Shown here one piece after another: positions 11,793 through 25,419 of a DNA stretch of 64,000 nucleotides. The stretch lies in the NCBI RefSeq assembly GCF_009914755.1, contig NC_060926.1, one strand, 5' to 3'. The notes below the pieces were generated by a model that was given only the letters and a program-made list of their open reading frames with translations, did not search any database and was not told where the DNA came from. Source of the stretch: the human T2T-CHM13v2.0 reference genome, Homo sapiens. The stretch's first letter is position 1; each line of letters opens with the position of its first letter. The translations under genes and the position numbers were made by a program.

Positions 11793-14227
11793 CTGAACAG
11801 GTATTTTTGTAGCACTCTTCTTATGCCTGACACACCCTGTGCTAGGGCTTGGGGCACAGTTTCTGGCCTTACGGTGTTTGCCGTTCATTGACAAAAGTTT
11901 GTGGGCCAACGACATACTGTTGGAAATTGGAAATTGGAAATTGTAGTAGGTATTGGAAATTTTGTTATCTCATTGAGTTGCCATGACACGGGAAAAGCAC
12001 TAATCACGTATCTCTGAGCACACCTTCATTTTTCTTAAGCACACGGCCACTGAACCTCTCTTCTTTGTGTCTTCAAATTACAGATCATGTACAATAGTGA
12101 AGGATTCCCAAGGATGTTTTTAGTGGAGGAGAGGTGGGGAAAGCCATGGGGACTTGAAGAGTTTTCCATCTTGGCCTCAGAGAACACAATAGGAATCTTT
12201 GAACATTGTGTGTTTTGGAAATACTGTTTAGAGATCACCAGGATTTTGACAACTTAAATGGAATCCCTCAAAAACTTTGAGGTTATAGCTATTCCTTTGT
12301 TGGTAATTAAACTTTTTGTTTTTGATAGTAAGTAGCAATCAGCTACTAGAAACAGCACCACTTCTGTATTGTTAGGTTCTATACTAAGATGAGAAAGCTA
12401 GAATCTTTATTGCTGTGTATATAAGGTCAGGAATTTGACAATAATGTAACTGGATTCATGGTACGGGAAGTAATTTACTTTTTTTGTTTGTTTTTAGAAT
12501 TGGTTTTACTGTGTCATTATCTAATACTCTTGAATTTAGGTGTATGTTTTTGTTTTCCTTTTGCATATTAGAAGTCATTTCATATTTTTTTAATATAACA
12601 TAAGTGCTCTAAAAGAAATGTGTAAAATGATTATAGCTATGTCCTGGAGAGTGCAAGTTAGTCTCTCTGTGTGTGTCCACTTTAAGTCCTATTATTTAGA
12701 AGCAGATGCAGTAATACTAAGTAAATACATATTTAGTAACCCTACATGCCCCTCTCCACACATGGGCACCTATTATAGAGATACAAAAGGAACAGTAGGC
12801 AAAGTCCCTTTCACTCAGCTTATGCTGCAAAGCTCCTTGTATTTGCTTATTTGAGAAAGGGGAAAGGATCATTTTAAAGTTAAATTGCCTAGTGAACACA
12901 TCTATCATTTGCAAAAAAGTAATGAGCTGGAGCCAGAAGCCTAAGTCTCTGCTTTCTTCCCCTTTCTCATGGCCAAGATGGAAGACATAAAAAGCAATTT
13001 TTCTTGATATGTGATCAAACGATGGATTAAGACTTGCAAGGAGCCGGTGATCAATTGTCTGATAATATGTGACAGATCTTGTCAGATTGACGAAAATGTA
13101 CCCCAACCCAAAGGGAGAGAAGGCTCTGAGCTGTGAAGGTGCTTTCTTAAGCAATTGCCTGAGATGCAGAGGCCCTGTGATATCAATTATCTTCTGTATC
13201 AACACCAAACAGGATTTTTTTTTTTTCTGCAGAAGCTGCCATCATGGTTTGATGTGTGTAAGTTAATTCTAATTAGATGCATTTCAGTAATCACTTAACT
13301 TTAATTGGTTTTGTATCTTATTTTTCAAAGGAAGAAGGCATAGACTTGTCCTAATACTTTACCAAAGTAATGTTCCGCAAGACATGAAATGAATTCCCCT
13401 CCATTCTTCCCCACATTCTGACAACATGCCAATAAAAATAGTATTAGGTGATTAAAGAATTTTTATTTAAGGCAGACATAATGATAAATGGTAATAAACT
13501 CAAACAGCCGGCGGGCTTCTTGGTGGATTAACCACCTGATGGCCTGCCTCAAGATCCAGCCTTGGCTTAGTTGGCAGGATCCACACTTAGCATTACAGCC
13601 TCTTCTGGGGAGAGGGAAGAGAGGGAGAGTGAATGATGCCAAGACATCCATATTGTTTCCACCTTTCTCAGCAGTTTCAAGCTGCCAAATGAACATCCAC
13701 TCATCTCTGACTGGTTCCAACTTAAGAAAAGAAGGGGGAAGAATACATTTCAAAATCGCATGGACTTATTTTGGGAGCTCAGAGAAACTGTAAGCCAGGT
13801 TTAGATTTATTTATTTATTTATTTTTTACTTAGCCCCAAGGTTGGGGAGAAAAGCCTTATTTTTACACAAGGCCAAAGAAACAACTGAAACAGGTTTTAA
13901 ATTTCTTCCTAATGCAAAGGAGGAGGAATCTGCCTACTCAGCATTTTCTTCCAGTTTTCCTGTAAAGGAGGACACTGTGCTGAAGCAATTATTTCTGTAT
14001 AAACAAGCTGTCTGCCCATTTGGGAGACATTTTCATTTGGTGTGTGAGATGCAATCTCAGAGAAGATAAGGCTGAGTTTTTATATGTGTAGAGAGAAAAG
14101 TTGGGGGAAGGGAAGGTATATAGTAGATGGTCAGATTGGGGGGTTACAGCTTAAAACCCAACTCTATTGGTCAATGGAGTTATAATCTTAAATAGATAAA
14201 CACATCTCATGGTATCTGAAAAATCTT

Positions 14228-14390
14228 TTATTCATCCATTCATCGAATGTCTGTAGACATACATTATCATACGGGTTTTTGGGTTTTGGTTTTTAGTGCT
14301 TACTGTGTGCTAGAACCATGGCTGTGGGGATTCAGGGATGACCAAGGCAGAGTCCCCGACCTACTCCATGGAGCTTGAAATGAAGGTCCC
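14228..14390 (-). mobile_element. L2 3' end fragment
   Basis: ttcatccattcat...gtgcttactgtgtgctag...catggagctt is antisense L2 tail. Confidence 0.6.
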
Positions 14391-16599
14391 CTGACAATGA
14401 TCTAGCCTAAGTGTTTGTCAAACTGAATTCCAGGAAGCTAACTTGTGGTCTTTAAATGGCTGGGATAGTGGAAGAAAGCTAAGCAGACATGCTCTAGCCC
14501 ATCTCTAGCACCCATCCTCGGCTTTAACCCAGGGCTTGCACTTTGGTTATTTTATATATTAGGATTCCCTATGAGATTTGTTTAGGGGGTGAAAAAAAGG
14601 GTTATTCATCCAGCATTCAGTCCTTTTCTTTTAAGTAAGGAAAATTAGATTCTTGAGCCTCAGAAGCACTCGTGACATCTTTGGTGACAGTTTGGAGCAT
14701 CCTGCCGGTCTGCTATCAGGTCGTCATGACAGATTACCCAGAAGGTCAGTGGCTGCCTCCCCTCTACCATGTGCTGCCCAGGATGGCAGGAGCTTTTCCA
14801 TCTGTAGAGAAACAAAGGCTTGTGGGTAGGTGCTGCTTAGCACAAGATTCCTCCAGACAGAAGGGGAAGCTGCATGCTTGCTGTGTTTGCTGTCTGGAGC
14901 TTCAGGGATGGCTTGCCAGTTTACTTCTGTTTCTCACCTGAGGTTTTTGGTATATAAGACGGTATCTTGTCTCTGATCATCAGAAATGTTTGGGAGGTCT
15001 TGTGTGGACTCTGATAGCATTTGTTGACATCATGAAGGGAGTAGACTGTTATTACCATGAAAGGCTATTAGTTTTTCTCAATTTATCCAAATGTTTCTTG
15101 GAGCAGAATATGAAACTTACGGGATTCCAATAATGATCAGGGCCAATATGAGTCACCAAAATTATAGCAAAAGCTGATTCAGTACACTGAGGAAGAGAGG
15201 CCAAGGTCTAAGAACAGGAGATAAGGTAAAAAAAAAAAAAAATCAGAGTGTTGTTTGATGATACGCTGACATCCTGGGTCACAGAGCACAGAAGAGTTTT
15301 GAGACACAAGCAAGGCAAAATCCCTTCAGGGATGCTAAGGGCAGTTTCCTTTCCCTTTGTGGTGGAGGGTGGGCATGAAGTTGTTGATGATTGGGAACTT
15401 TACAGTTGGATAGTGGGAAGTCTTGATTTATCTGGTTTGAGAACAGAAATCACCATGAGCCTTGGGCAGTCTCTATAGCCAAATGTGAGCCTCCACATCA
15501 GCCAGGGCAGCTGGGCCCTTTCATCACCTCCCCGCAACCACTGACCCCACGCTACCCCCCACTTCCCTGCTCCCCTGCACCCTTGCAGGAAGTTCTAGCC
15601 CCCTCATGCATGTATCACATCTGGGGTACTAGAACCTGGGGGAAAGAGACATGTATGTGAACAGCTTTTTAAATAGAAAATAATGGCAAAGGATGAGAAC
15701 CTGAGAAGCTGATCAGATGGAGAGAAGTAAGCATTTGTCAGCATTTTAATACAAATGGCCATGGAAAAGATAGGGAACTTGGTATTAAGCGTTTGCCATC
15801 TTCCTGAGAGAGGTTAAATGGATTTGATTTACACTTCTCAGACAGCCTAATTGCAACTTTGCAGTAGGCAAGATCAAGTAAAATTCTGAGTAACAGAAAA
15901 GAGGATCTGATTTGCAATTCAGTCACTCTCTGGTGAGCTAATATGGGAAAATCACACAAGGTCAGAGGTGAGCTCCTTTCCTGGCCTCAGGGAGAATATA
16001 ACTGAAGTGGAAAAGAGAGGGAATAGGTAATTGTCTTTAATCAGGAAGAGGCATGTTTCAGTGTTTATAAACAAGGATGAAGAACGCCACATCCAGACAC
16101 TGATATTCCGTGCCAGGAGTGAAGAGCTGGGAGGTTCACAGATGTATGTGCTTTGAAACAAAGTTCTTTCCACTTCTGCAACAGGAAGTGGCCTAGTTGG
16201 AGATTTCCAGAGAAAGCTCATCAGGTGCCCGGTAATTTCAATGTAAGACACATACTTAGGGATCCTAGCCAGTTGATTCAATGTCGTTTCACAAACAAAC
16301 TATACAGACCTTGAGTGATAAGTTAACACATTCAAAATGGGTGGCAGAACAATGACAAGAACCCCTACCTCATGATGTTCCCTCTTGTGGTTCCTTTTTC
16401 TTCATGGAATTGCCTCAGTTGAATTCAGGAAGTATTTTACTGACTCTCTTACATATGCTAACTCTGATTTGGGCAGATATAATATCTGCTCCTAGGAAGC
16501 TGTATACCTCATTGGGGAGAAAGGACACATACTGCTATTAGAACTAGATTGCCTTGCACAGTGATTCATGAGCCAAGATTAGTGTCAACAATTAATTCC

Positions 16600-16785
16600 A
16601 TAATAGTACAGTCACTAATATTTGATCTTCACAATAGCTACATAAGTCAATGAGCCTGACTTGATAAAAACTGAAGCCTAGGTTAAGTGGCTTGCTTATG
16701 ATCCAATAGCTAGTATGGTACAGAAATGGAATTTAAAGTTGGGACTTCTGATTTAAAACTGGAGTCTTTTCCCACTATGTATTTT
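16600..16785 (-). mobile_element. MIR fragment
   Basis: aaactgaagcctaggttaagtggcttgc resembles the antisense MIR core. Confidence 0.55.
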
Positions 16786-19700
16786 GCTAACTTTCAAAGT
16801 TGTAGAACTCCTTTTTTTTTTTTAATAAGAGGCATAATGAGAAGCACCAAACATAATCATCTCTGGCTTTAGCTATTGCCATAAAATTAATAATGTAAAA
16901 TAATTATTTTAAGCATTTGAATTCAACAAAACCACCATATGAGGAATGAAATATCTGAAAAAAATTGCTGGTTTCACTGACTTGTGCATTCTTTGACAAG
17001 TGTCAAAATATCACAGAGGTGGAGCCATGATTTTGCTGAATTCCTGTGAAATAAGAATAATCTGAGAGCTGATTGGAAACCAGTATTAAACCACAACATC
17101 ATTGCAGAATTCATGGAAAACAAGTCACAAATAGCAAATGTTCATTCACAGCAATTTCTTTTCTTTTCTTTTCTTTCTTTCTTTTTTGTTTCTTTTTTTG
17201 GTTACTAGGTATGTTTTGTAAAACAGCGAGGGATCACTGTATAAAAGAAAGAGAGGTGCTACAAAAATGGGCACCATTTACAAAAACAATAACGAAGGAA
17301 AGAAGCATATTAAACCACAGCTTTGCATCTTCAAAACTGTAATATTAAAAGCCATGCACAATTATCTACAACACAAACCTTGGGCTGAAACCTAACCCCA
17401 CATGCTTAAAAATACAGGGATGATTAGAAATATATTCTTATTACAAATAATACCATGAGATTTTGGATTTTAAAAATTAGGACCAAATGTCTAAATATGC
17501 AGTACATATCATGACAAAAAGAGTAGTTGCATATACAAATAAAAACCTTAATCATTTAAAAATTTATTACTTTTTAATTTGTTTTCTAAAATTACCCAAG
17601 AGATTTTCTCAGTGAGAACAAAACATATGGTTGAATCATAGCATCTAACCACTAATTTATTATTGTTTTTAGTTGTGGGTTGTTGGATTATGTTTTGGCC
17701 TCCTGAAAAGCCAAAATCAGTTGAAAAGCACTGCAAAAATACTACACTGGGGCCTGAAACCGAGCATGAAAAATATTGGCTTGTAGAATGTGATTATGAA
17801 TCACTAAAAATGATATTGAAAATCCACATGAAATATTCACTCTAGAAACAAATGGGAGATATGAAATGCATGAGCTGGAAGAGCATAAATAGTGCCACAA
17901 TTATTTGAGCAGAGAGAAAGAGCAAGAGTAGAAAATAACTACAGCTTCTGGCTCATGGTACAGAATGAAATGAAGTCCTCATAGTTAGAGAATCCAAGAA
18001 TCATATTTATGTGCTCTGGGGTTTACCAACTGGAACACTTGAGCTACACTGGATTTTCCCTCAGACTAGATTCCAGCTTCCAACTTGCATTTTCATAGAA
18101 ATAATTACACAAACAGGATATATTACGCAATTCTTTTGACGTGGGCCATACTGTTGCCAACATTTTAAAGTGGTTCAGTTAAAATAGTTACGTCCTCGAT
18201 AGACATCCCTGATTATCATGTCATTCTTCAGCCCATCTCTAGGATGGTTCTCCAGAATTTATTTGACATCTCCTTGGTAAACATGTTGTGAAGGAGTCTG
18301 CTAAAAACTTTATTTAATAGTCTAAAACTCTGAAGTTTAATGACTTGGTTTTTAAGCATTGTCAAAATGAACCCAAGTCCAAATGGTGGCATCAAATGTG
18401 TAGGTCAAAAGGTTTTAAACTTTTTAGGAGTATAAAAGCTAAACGCTACCTAACAAAATATGTGAAAGATCTGTATGGGGAAAACTATAAAACTCTGATG
18501 GAAGACATCAAAGAAGAACCAAATAAATAGAAAGATATGCCACACTCCTGAATTGTCAAGATGTCAGTTCTTCCCAACTTTATCTGTAGATTCAATGCAT
18601 TTGTAATAAAAATTTCAGCAAATAATTATTATTGATTCTAAAGTTTATAGGGAGAGGCAAAAGACCCAGACACACAACACTGAAGGAAAGGAACAAAGTT
18701 GGACTGACATTATTAGGTATAGTAATTGAGACAGTGTAGTTTTGATGAACAAACAGACAAATAGGTCAGTGGAACTGATGAATAACCCAGAAATACACAT
18801 ACATAAGTAGATTCAACTGATCTCTGACAAAGGAGCAAAGGCAAAACCATGGAGCAAAAATAGTCTTTTCAACAAATGGTGTTGGAACATGGAGACTGGA
18901 CATCTACATGTAAAAAAAAAAAAAAAAAATGAACCTAGAAACATATTTTACACCATTCACAAAAATTAACTCAAACTGGATCACAGACCTAAATGTAAAA
19001 TTCAAAACTATAAAACTCCTAGAAGGTAACACAGGAGGAAACCTGACTGACTTTGGGTATGGCAGTGACTTTTTAGCTACAACAACAACAAAAGTACAAA
19101 ACCCATGAAAGAAATAATTGATAAGTTGGATTTAATTAAAATTTAAAACATTTGCTCATCAAATGACAATACAAAGAGGATGAGAAGATAAGCACAGACT
19201 TGGAGAAACTATTTGCAAAAGATACATTTCATAAATGACTGTTATCCAAAATTACAAAGAAGTCTTAAAACTCAGCAATAAAACAACCTGCTTAGCAAAT
19301 GGGCCAAATACCTTAACAGACACCTCACCAAAGAAGATATACAAATGTCAAATAAGCATATGAAAAAATTCTCCCTATGATATATCACCAGGCAATTGCA
19401 AAATAAAAGTAAGATACCACTAGACACCTATTAGAACGGCCAAAATCTGGAACACTGACAACACCAAATGCTGGCAAGGATGTGGAGCAACAGGAACTTT
19501 CATTCATTGCTTATTAAAATGCAACGTGGTCCAGTCACTGGGGAAGACAGTGTGGCAATTTCTTTCAAAACTAAAGACACTCTTACCATACAATCCATAA
19601 AGTATACTCCTTGGTATCTACCCAATTAAATTGAAAACTTATATTTACATAAAAACCTGCAAACAGATGCTTATAGCAGGTTTATTCATAATTGTCAAAA

Positions 19701-20023
19701 CACGGAAGCAACCAAAAGGTCTTTCAGTAAGCCAATGCATGAAAAAAACTGTATTATATCCAGACAATAGAATATTTATTATCATTATTCACTACTAGAA
19801 AAAAAAAATAAGCTATCAAGCCATAAAAAGACAGGGAAGAAACTTGAATTCATATTACTAAGTGAAAGAAGCCAAGGAAAAGGTTACATACTATATTATT
19901 CAAACTATCTGACATTCTGAAAAAGGCAAAACTATGGAGACAGTACAAGGGTCAATGATTGCCAGAGATTAAGGAGGAAGGGATGAATAGGTAGAGCATA
20001 GAGGATTTTTAGGGCAGTGAAAC

Positions 20024-20356
20024 CGGTACAAGACTGGCGGGACTTGTTTTCTGTCACTACCCTGCTAACAAAAACAGGATCTAGTCCAGACACGATAAAG
20101 CAAAGAAACTGGAGGAAATGAGCAGATACTGACAAAAGAGATCCCTAGCTACCTCATTGCTCATTAGCATAAGACACTCCCACCAGCATCATGGCAATGA
20201 GCTGAAACTTACTGCTCATTTTTGTGGCAACGACCTAGAAGTTACCGCCCCTTTCCTAGAAAGTTCTAAGTAACCTTTGCCCTCAATTTGCATTAACCTG
20301 CACCTTAATTTGCATATAATTGGAAATGGGTTTGAGTGAGTACAAATACAATTGCT
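20024..20356 (+). mobile_element. MER41-family (ERV1) LTR internal fragment, lacking both termini
   Basis: gctcattagcataagacactcccaccagc, ggcaacgacctagaagttaccgccc and ttaatttgcatataat match MER41 (C/E-like). Confidence 0.75.
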
Positions 20357-20669
<313 letters not shown>

Positions 20670-20871
20670 CTATGGTCTTGCAATGATGGATACATGCCAT
20701 TATACATTTGTCCAAAGCAGTAGAATATACAACATCACAAGTGAAATCTAACATAAACTATGGAATTTGGGTGATAATGATGTGTCAATGTAGGTTTATT
20801 GATTGGAACATGTACCACTGTGGTGCAGGATGTCTATAATGGGGGAGGTTGTGTATGTATGGGAACAAGGG

Positions 20872-21433
20872 AGTATTAATCTGTTCTCATGCTGCTAATA
20901 AAGACATACCCAAGACTGGGTAACATGGTGAAACCCCATTTCTACTAAAAATACAAAAAAATTAGCCAGGCATAGTGGCAGGTGCCTGTAATCCCACCTA
21001 CTCAGGAGGCTGAGGCAGAAGAATCGCTTGAATCTGGGAAGCAGAAGTTGCGGTGAACCAAGATCATGCCACTGCACTCCAGCCTGGGCAACAGAGCAAG
21101 ACTCCATCTCAAAAAAAAAAAAAAAAAAAAAAAAAGAAATAGAGGTTTAATGGACTCACAGTTCCACATGGCTGGGGAAGTCATAATCATGGCGGAAGGC
21201 AAAGGAGGAGCAAAGTCATGTCTTACATGGTGACAGGCAAGAGGGTATGTCCAGGAGAACTCCCCTTTATAAAACCATCAGATCTCATGAGACTTATTCA
21301 CTATCACAAGAACAGCACAGGAAAGCCCTGCCACCATGTTTCAATTACCTCCCACTGGGTCCCTCCCACAACACATGGGGATTATTACAATTCAAGGTGA
21401 TATCTGGGTGGGAACACAGAGCCAACTATATCA
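20872..21433 (-). mobile_element. Solo THE1 (C/D-like) LTR, interrupted by an Alu
   Basis: gctgctaataaagacatacccaagactggg...gaggtttaatggactcacagttccac...gccaactatatca. Confidence 0.88.
20921..21134 (+). mobile_element. 5'-truncated AluS inserted in the THE1 LTR
   Basis: Begins at aacatggtgaaacccc; full right arm and long poly(A). Confidence 0.9.
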
Positions 21434-21733
21434 GAAGGTATGTGGAGACTCTCTTTACTTCCTGCTCAATGTTGCTGTGAACCTAAAACTGCTTTAAAAA
21501 ATAAAGTTTATCAATTTTTTTAAAAAGCCAAGTGCTTGCATGGTTGGGAGATGGGAAGTGGGGAGTGGTATGGCCAAAAGAAAATAGGAGAAAACCCCAT
21601 CCAACATGCTTTTTATACAATTAGCAAAGGTCACCAAAAAACTGTAAAATATTTACTTGGCAGCACAGGAATTTTGTCTTTTTGATTATAGGGAAACATA
21701 TACTTTTAAAATGTATATAATGTAAATACAACT

Positions 21734-23122
21734 TAATGTTTTCAAAGTATGATTTACAAATCCCTGAAACACTTTCAGGGGTCCCATGAGGTCAAACTAT
21801 TTTCATAATAATACTAAGACATTTGCCGTTTTTACTGTGTTGACATTTGCACTGATGCAAAAACAATGGTGAGTAAAAACCCTGGAGTCTGAACCAAGGC
21901 AATAGCACCAAACTCTGCTAGTATTCACTGTATTTCTCCTCACCATGCACTCACAGATAAAAGAATGCCAGCTTCACTTTACAAATGCTTTAATGAGTCT
22001 GTAAATATTACTGACTTTATTAAATCTTAACTCAAGTACGTGCAACAAAATGACATGTATGCACAAAGAACTTCTGTTGCACAAAGAAGTATGATGGTTG
22101 CCTTGAGGTGAAACACTTGTATGTTTTGTGTTGTGAGCTGAAGTAGCTGCTTTGTTCTTGAACCATTATTTGTGCTTGGAAGAATGACTGACAGACAAAC
22201 TAAGATTATTCAGCCTTGGGTATCTAGCAGATATTTTCTCAAAAATGAATGAAGAGAGCCTGACACTGCAAGGAAAACAATTGATAGCATTTGTCGCCCA
22301 TTGTAAAATTTGTGCTTTAAAGCAAATAATTAGAATTTTGGAAAATATGTATTCACCATTATGTGCTTGACAGTTCCCAATATTTAAAGACTTTTTTCTA
22401 ATTACATCAGTGGTGATTTTCTCACATGTGATTTTTTGATATTCTAGAATGAAATATGTCAACATTGAAAGATTTGCATAATTCAGAGAATCACTATTTT
22501 CCAATGTAACATCATGGGTGAGTAAAAGATCCATTCAAAGTTCAAGAAGACCAATGGATTTTAATGTAACAGGGTATTAAAAATCCACTTATGTAGTTTT
22601 AGATGCCACATTGCAACTAACCTTTAAGAAACTAGCACTTGTCAAATTTGGGTATACGATCAAAGAACATACATAATTAATTTGTTTTAACCATTGAACT
22701 ATTTCCCCATTTTCCAATTGCATAGGATTTGAAGCTAGATTTTCTTCATTATTCTTCAACCAAATGGCATAATTCTATAGGCTGAAGAGAAGGATAGAGC
22801 AGATATAAGAACCTAGCTGTTTTCTATTAACCTAGACATTAAAGACATTTGAAAAAATGCAAAACAATGTCACTCTTACTGAATTTTTTGTTTTTTGTTT
22901 TTTTAAATACTTATTTTCATAAATATAAGTTATTTATCAGGTAGTGGGTTTATTATTGTAATTTTCAAACAAATAAACATCAATATTTAAAAGATTGCTC
23001 AGTTTTAATTTTGAATACAGTAATTATCATTTGATGTAACTCCTATAAACAAATGTCTTTTGGAGTCTGAAATATTCTTTAAGAGTGTAAAGGGTTCCTG
23101 AGACTAAAAAGTCAAGAACTGA
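21734..23122 (+). mobile_element. Charlie1 (1a-like) hAT DNA transposon with a dead transposase remnant
   Basis: caggggtcccatgaggtcaaactattttcataataatactaagac 5' signature; internal translation resembles LLLHxEVRWLSRG and LGYLADIFSKMNE hAT motifs with stops; 3' end aagggttcctgagac. Confidence 0.85.
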
Positions 23123-23380
23123 TCATTTTAAGACGTAATAAAACAGATGTCACGTAAGTAACACAAGTTAAAGAATAAAATAAGACTAGTATCTTTGAAG
23201 ACATTGAATGTCTTTCCCAGAGGATAGCTTCTTCCCTTCTCCCAGGAATGAGCATAGTATATTAATCTTATATTAACTATTATCTTGCTTTCTTTCATAG
23301 TTTTATCTCACATGCATATCTATCTACACAATATTTAATTTGCCTGTTTTTGAATTGCATGCGAATAGGGCCATACTGTA

Positions 23381-23870
23381 TGCCGTAGTTTGAGTTTCCC
23401 TGAAAATAGTGCCTGAGAAAAAGATTTGGGTGCAGGTAGTGTATTTTGGAGGTGATCCCAGGAAGGAGAGGTGTAGGGGTGGGGTAGAGACTAGAGAAGG
23501 AAGAATGTAAAATAAAAATACATTGTTAAGCTCGTTGCCAATGTGGGCAACTCAGACACAGTCCTGTTGGGTACTCTCTATACAACTGTGTAAAATGCAT
23601 TTCAGAATTGGCCCTCCAGACCAAAGGAAAGGAGACTGGGCATTTATTCACTGACATTATCTCCGTTTGGCAGAGAGTTGCTCTTAGGGGCTTAACTCCC
23701 CTGCAGGCTCAAGCTGAGTGGCTTCTCATGGCTCCAAGAAAGGCCTAAGGCAGAAAAGCAGAGGCCCCTCATTGTGACCTTGAGGTGGGACACAGGCCAC
23801 TGCATGGAACTGTCCACCTGAACCCAGGTGAACTAAAGGTGTGGAGTAAGGGGCACCACAAGAGTCAACT
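23381..23870 (-). mobile_element. ERVL LTR (LTR33-like) within old antisense L1ME fragments (~23280-23380, ~23880-24050)
   Basis: gatttgggtgcaggtagtgtattttggaggtgatcccaggaag typical of antisense LTR33/LTR16 group; flanks tgtttttgaattgc...atactgtatg and tagtattccattg...tgttgatggacatttgg are L1M-like. Confidence 0.6.
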
Positions 23871-24299
23871 ATATTATATATTTTCTTTTATGACTTCCTT
23901 CTGTCCCACCAGAAGGTGTTTTTGAGCTATTTCTGGTTGATATGAATAGTTTTAGCTAATTTATTTCTGCTGATGCATAGTATTCCATTGCCTGACTGTT
24001 CCACAACTTAATTTCCATTTCATTGTTGATGGACATTTGGTTTATTTCTAGACATGGGACATTCATTTTGCTTCCAAAGGAAAACAAAAAGCCAAATATT
24101 TCCATGTCCTTATATTCCATCTAAAAAATGCATAATCAGCAGAAACAAAGTCTCCACTTCACTTCTGCATTTCAAAGTTTGCATAAATATGACTAGCCAA
24201 ACTAAGTCACATTCTGACTGCAACGGATTCTGGAAAATGTAAGCTTTAGCTTTTTAGCCTCTGCAACATAAGGAAGCACTCTAAAAAAAAAGCACCATA

Positions 24300-24900
24300 C
24301 ACAACACACCAGGCAACTAGGCAACAGCTATGAAAATTAAAAATACACATACTCTTAGATCCTGCAATTTTACTCTGGCAGTCTATTTCATAGAAATAAA
24401 TGTACTAATATAAAAGAGCATATGTACAATGGTATTTATCACAAATCTGCAGTGGATTGAAAGTAAACATTCTATAATAAGAGAATGTCTAAATATATTG
24501 AAATATAGCCACATATCAGAATATTGTATATCAAAAGAATGAGCTAGAGCAATACCAAATGACTTGGAGTGATTCCGCAATGCATTATTGAGTGAGAAAA
24601 GCAAGACACAGAAAAGTATGTGTTACATAATCTTATTTTTAAAAAATAGAACAGTGACCAACGAAAGTTATATAGGTATAAAATATATAATATATAAATT
24701 TCTATAAATATAGAATCTATCTATATGATTATATAAATATATAATTATATATGAGATTATATAAATTATACATATGAGATTATATAAATATAGGAGCTGT
24801 ATGTAAGGCCAGAAGAGCACCCACTAGGCTGTTAGCAGGGCTTATAGTTAATAAGATAGAATGGTGGTATTAAACTTACATGGGCTAGAGAAGGGTAGGG
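24300..24900 (+). mobile_element. Old L1ME 3' fragments with an AT-rich low-complexity stretch (~24670-24795)
   Basis: gatcctgcaattttactct, attattgagtgagaaaagcaagacacag resemble L1M 3' region. Confidence 0.55.
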
Positions 24901-24906
24901 AAAATA

Positions 24907-24969
24907 AATAGATAGATGGGAAGATGGATGGATGGATGGATGAATGGATGGATAGATAGATACATAGAT

Positions 24970-25005
<36 letters not shown>

Positions 25006-25077
25006 CATACATACATACATACATACATACATACATACATAGGTAGATAGATAGATAGATAGATACATAGATAGATG
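24907..25077. repeat. Compound tetranucleotide STR (GATG)n/(GATA)n/(CATA)n
   Basis: Directly visible blocks of gatg, gata, cata and gata repeats. Confidence 0.97.
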
Positions 25078-25419
25078 CAAGAATGGTCCCTGCCATGTGA
25101 TTATTTTAGAAGGCTAGGATTTTAAGCAACATTTACTTTCTTTATATTTGTATGGGTACTATTAAACTGTTTGTATTGCATGTATATTGTTTATTAATCA
25201 ATACAAAACCATAAATCCATTTTTAGTGTGAAAAAATTCCTTCTGTCTAATGGGGGAAAGTAGAGTTTACTGAGGAAAGTAGAGTGGTAAAGATGATTAT
25301 TGTTGTATATCACCTACTTCTGTACTAATAGATTTGATACCATGTATTTATATCTATGACTTCAATAAATTATTAAAGAAATTTTAAAAACTTTATACAC
25401 AGCAAACAAAGAAATATCC

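Noticed and set aside
11920-11962. Repeated ggaaatt heptamer (NFAT/Rel-like half sites)
   Set aside because: Only 3-4 copies; most simply a slippage micro-repeat
12717-13208. 163-aa minus-strand ORF, the longest outside repeats
   Set aside because: No recognisable domain or family similarity, no supporting gene structure, and a length compatible with chance in 64 kb
22060-22760. hAT transposase-like peptide motifs (possible domesticated gene)
   Set aside because: Interrupted by stops and frameshifts, and contained in an ordinary Charlie1 copy
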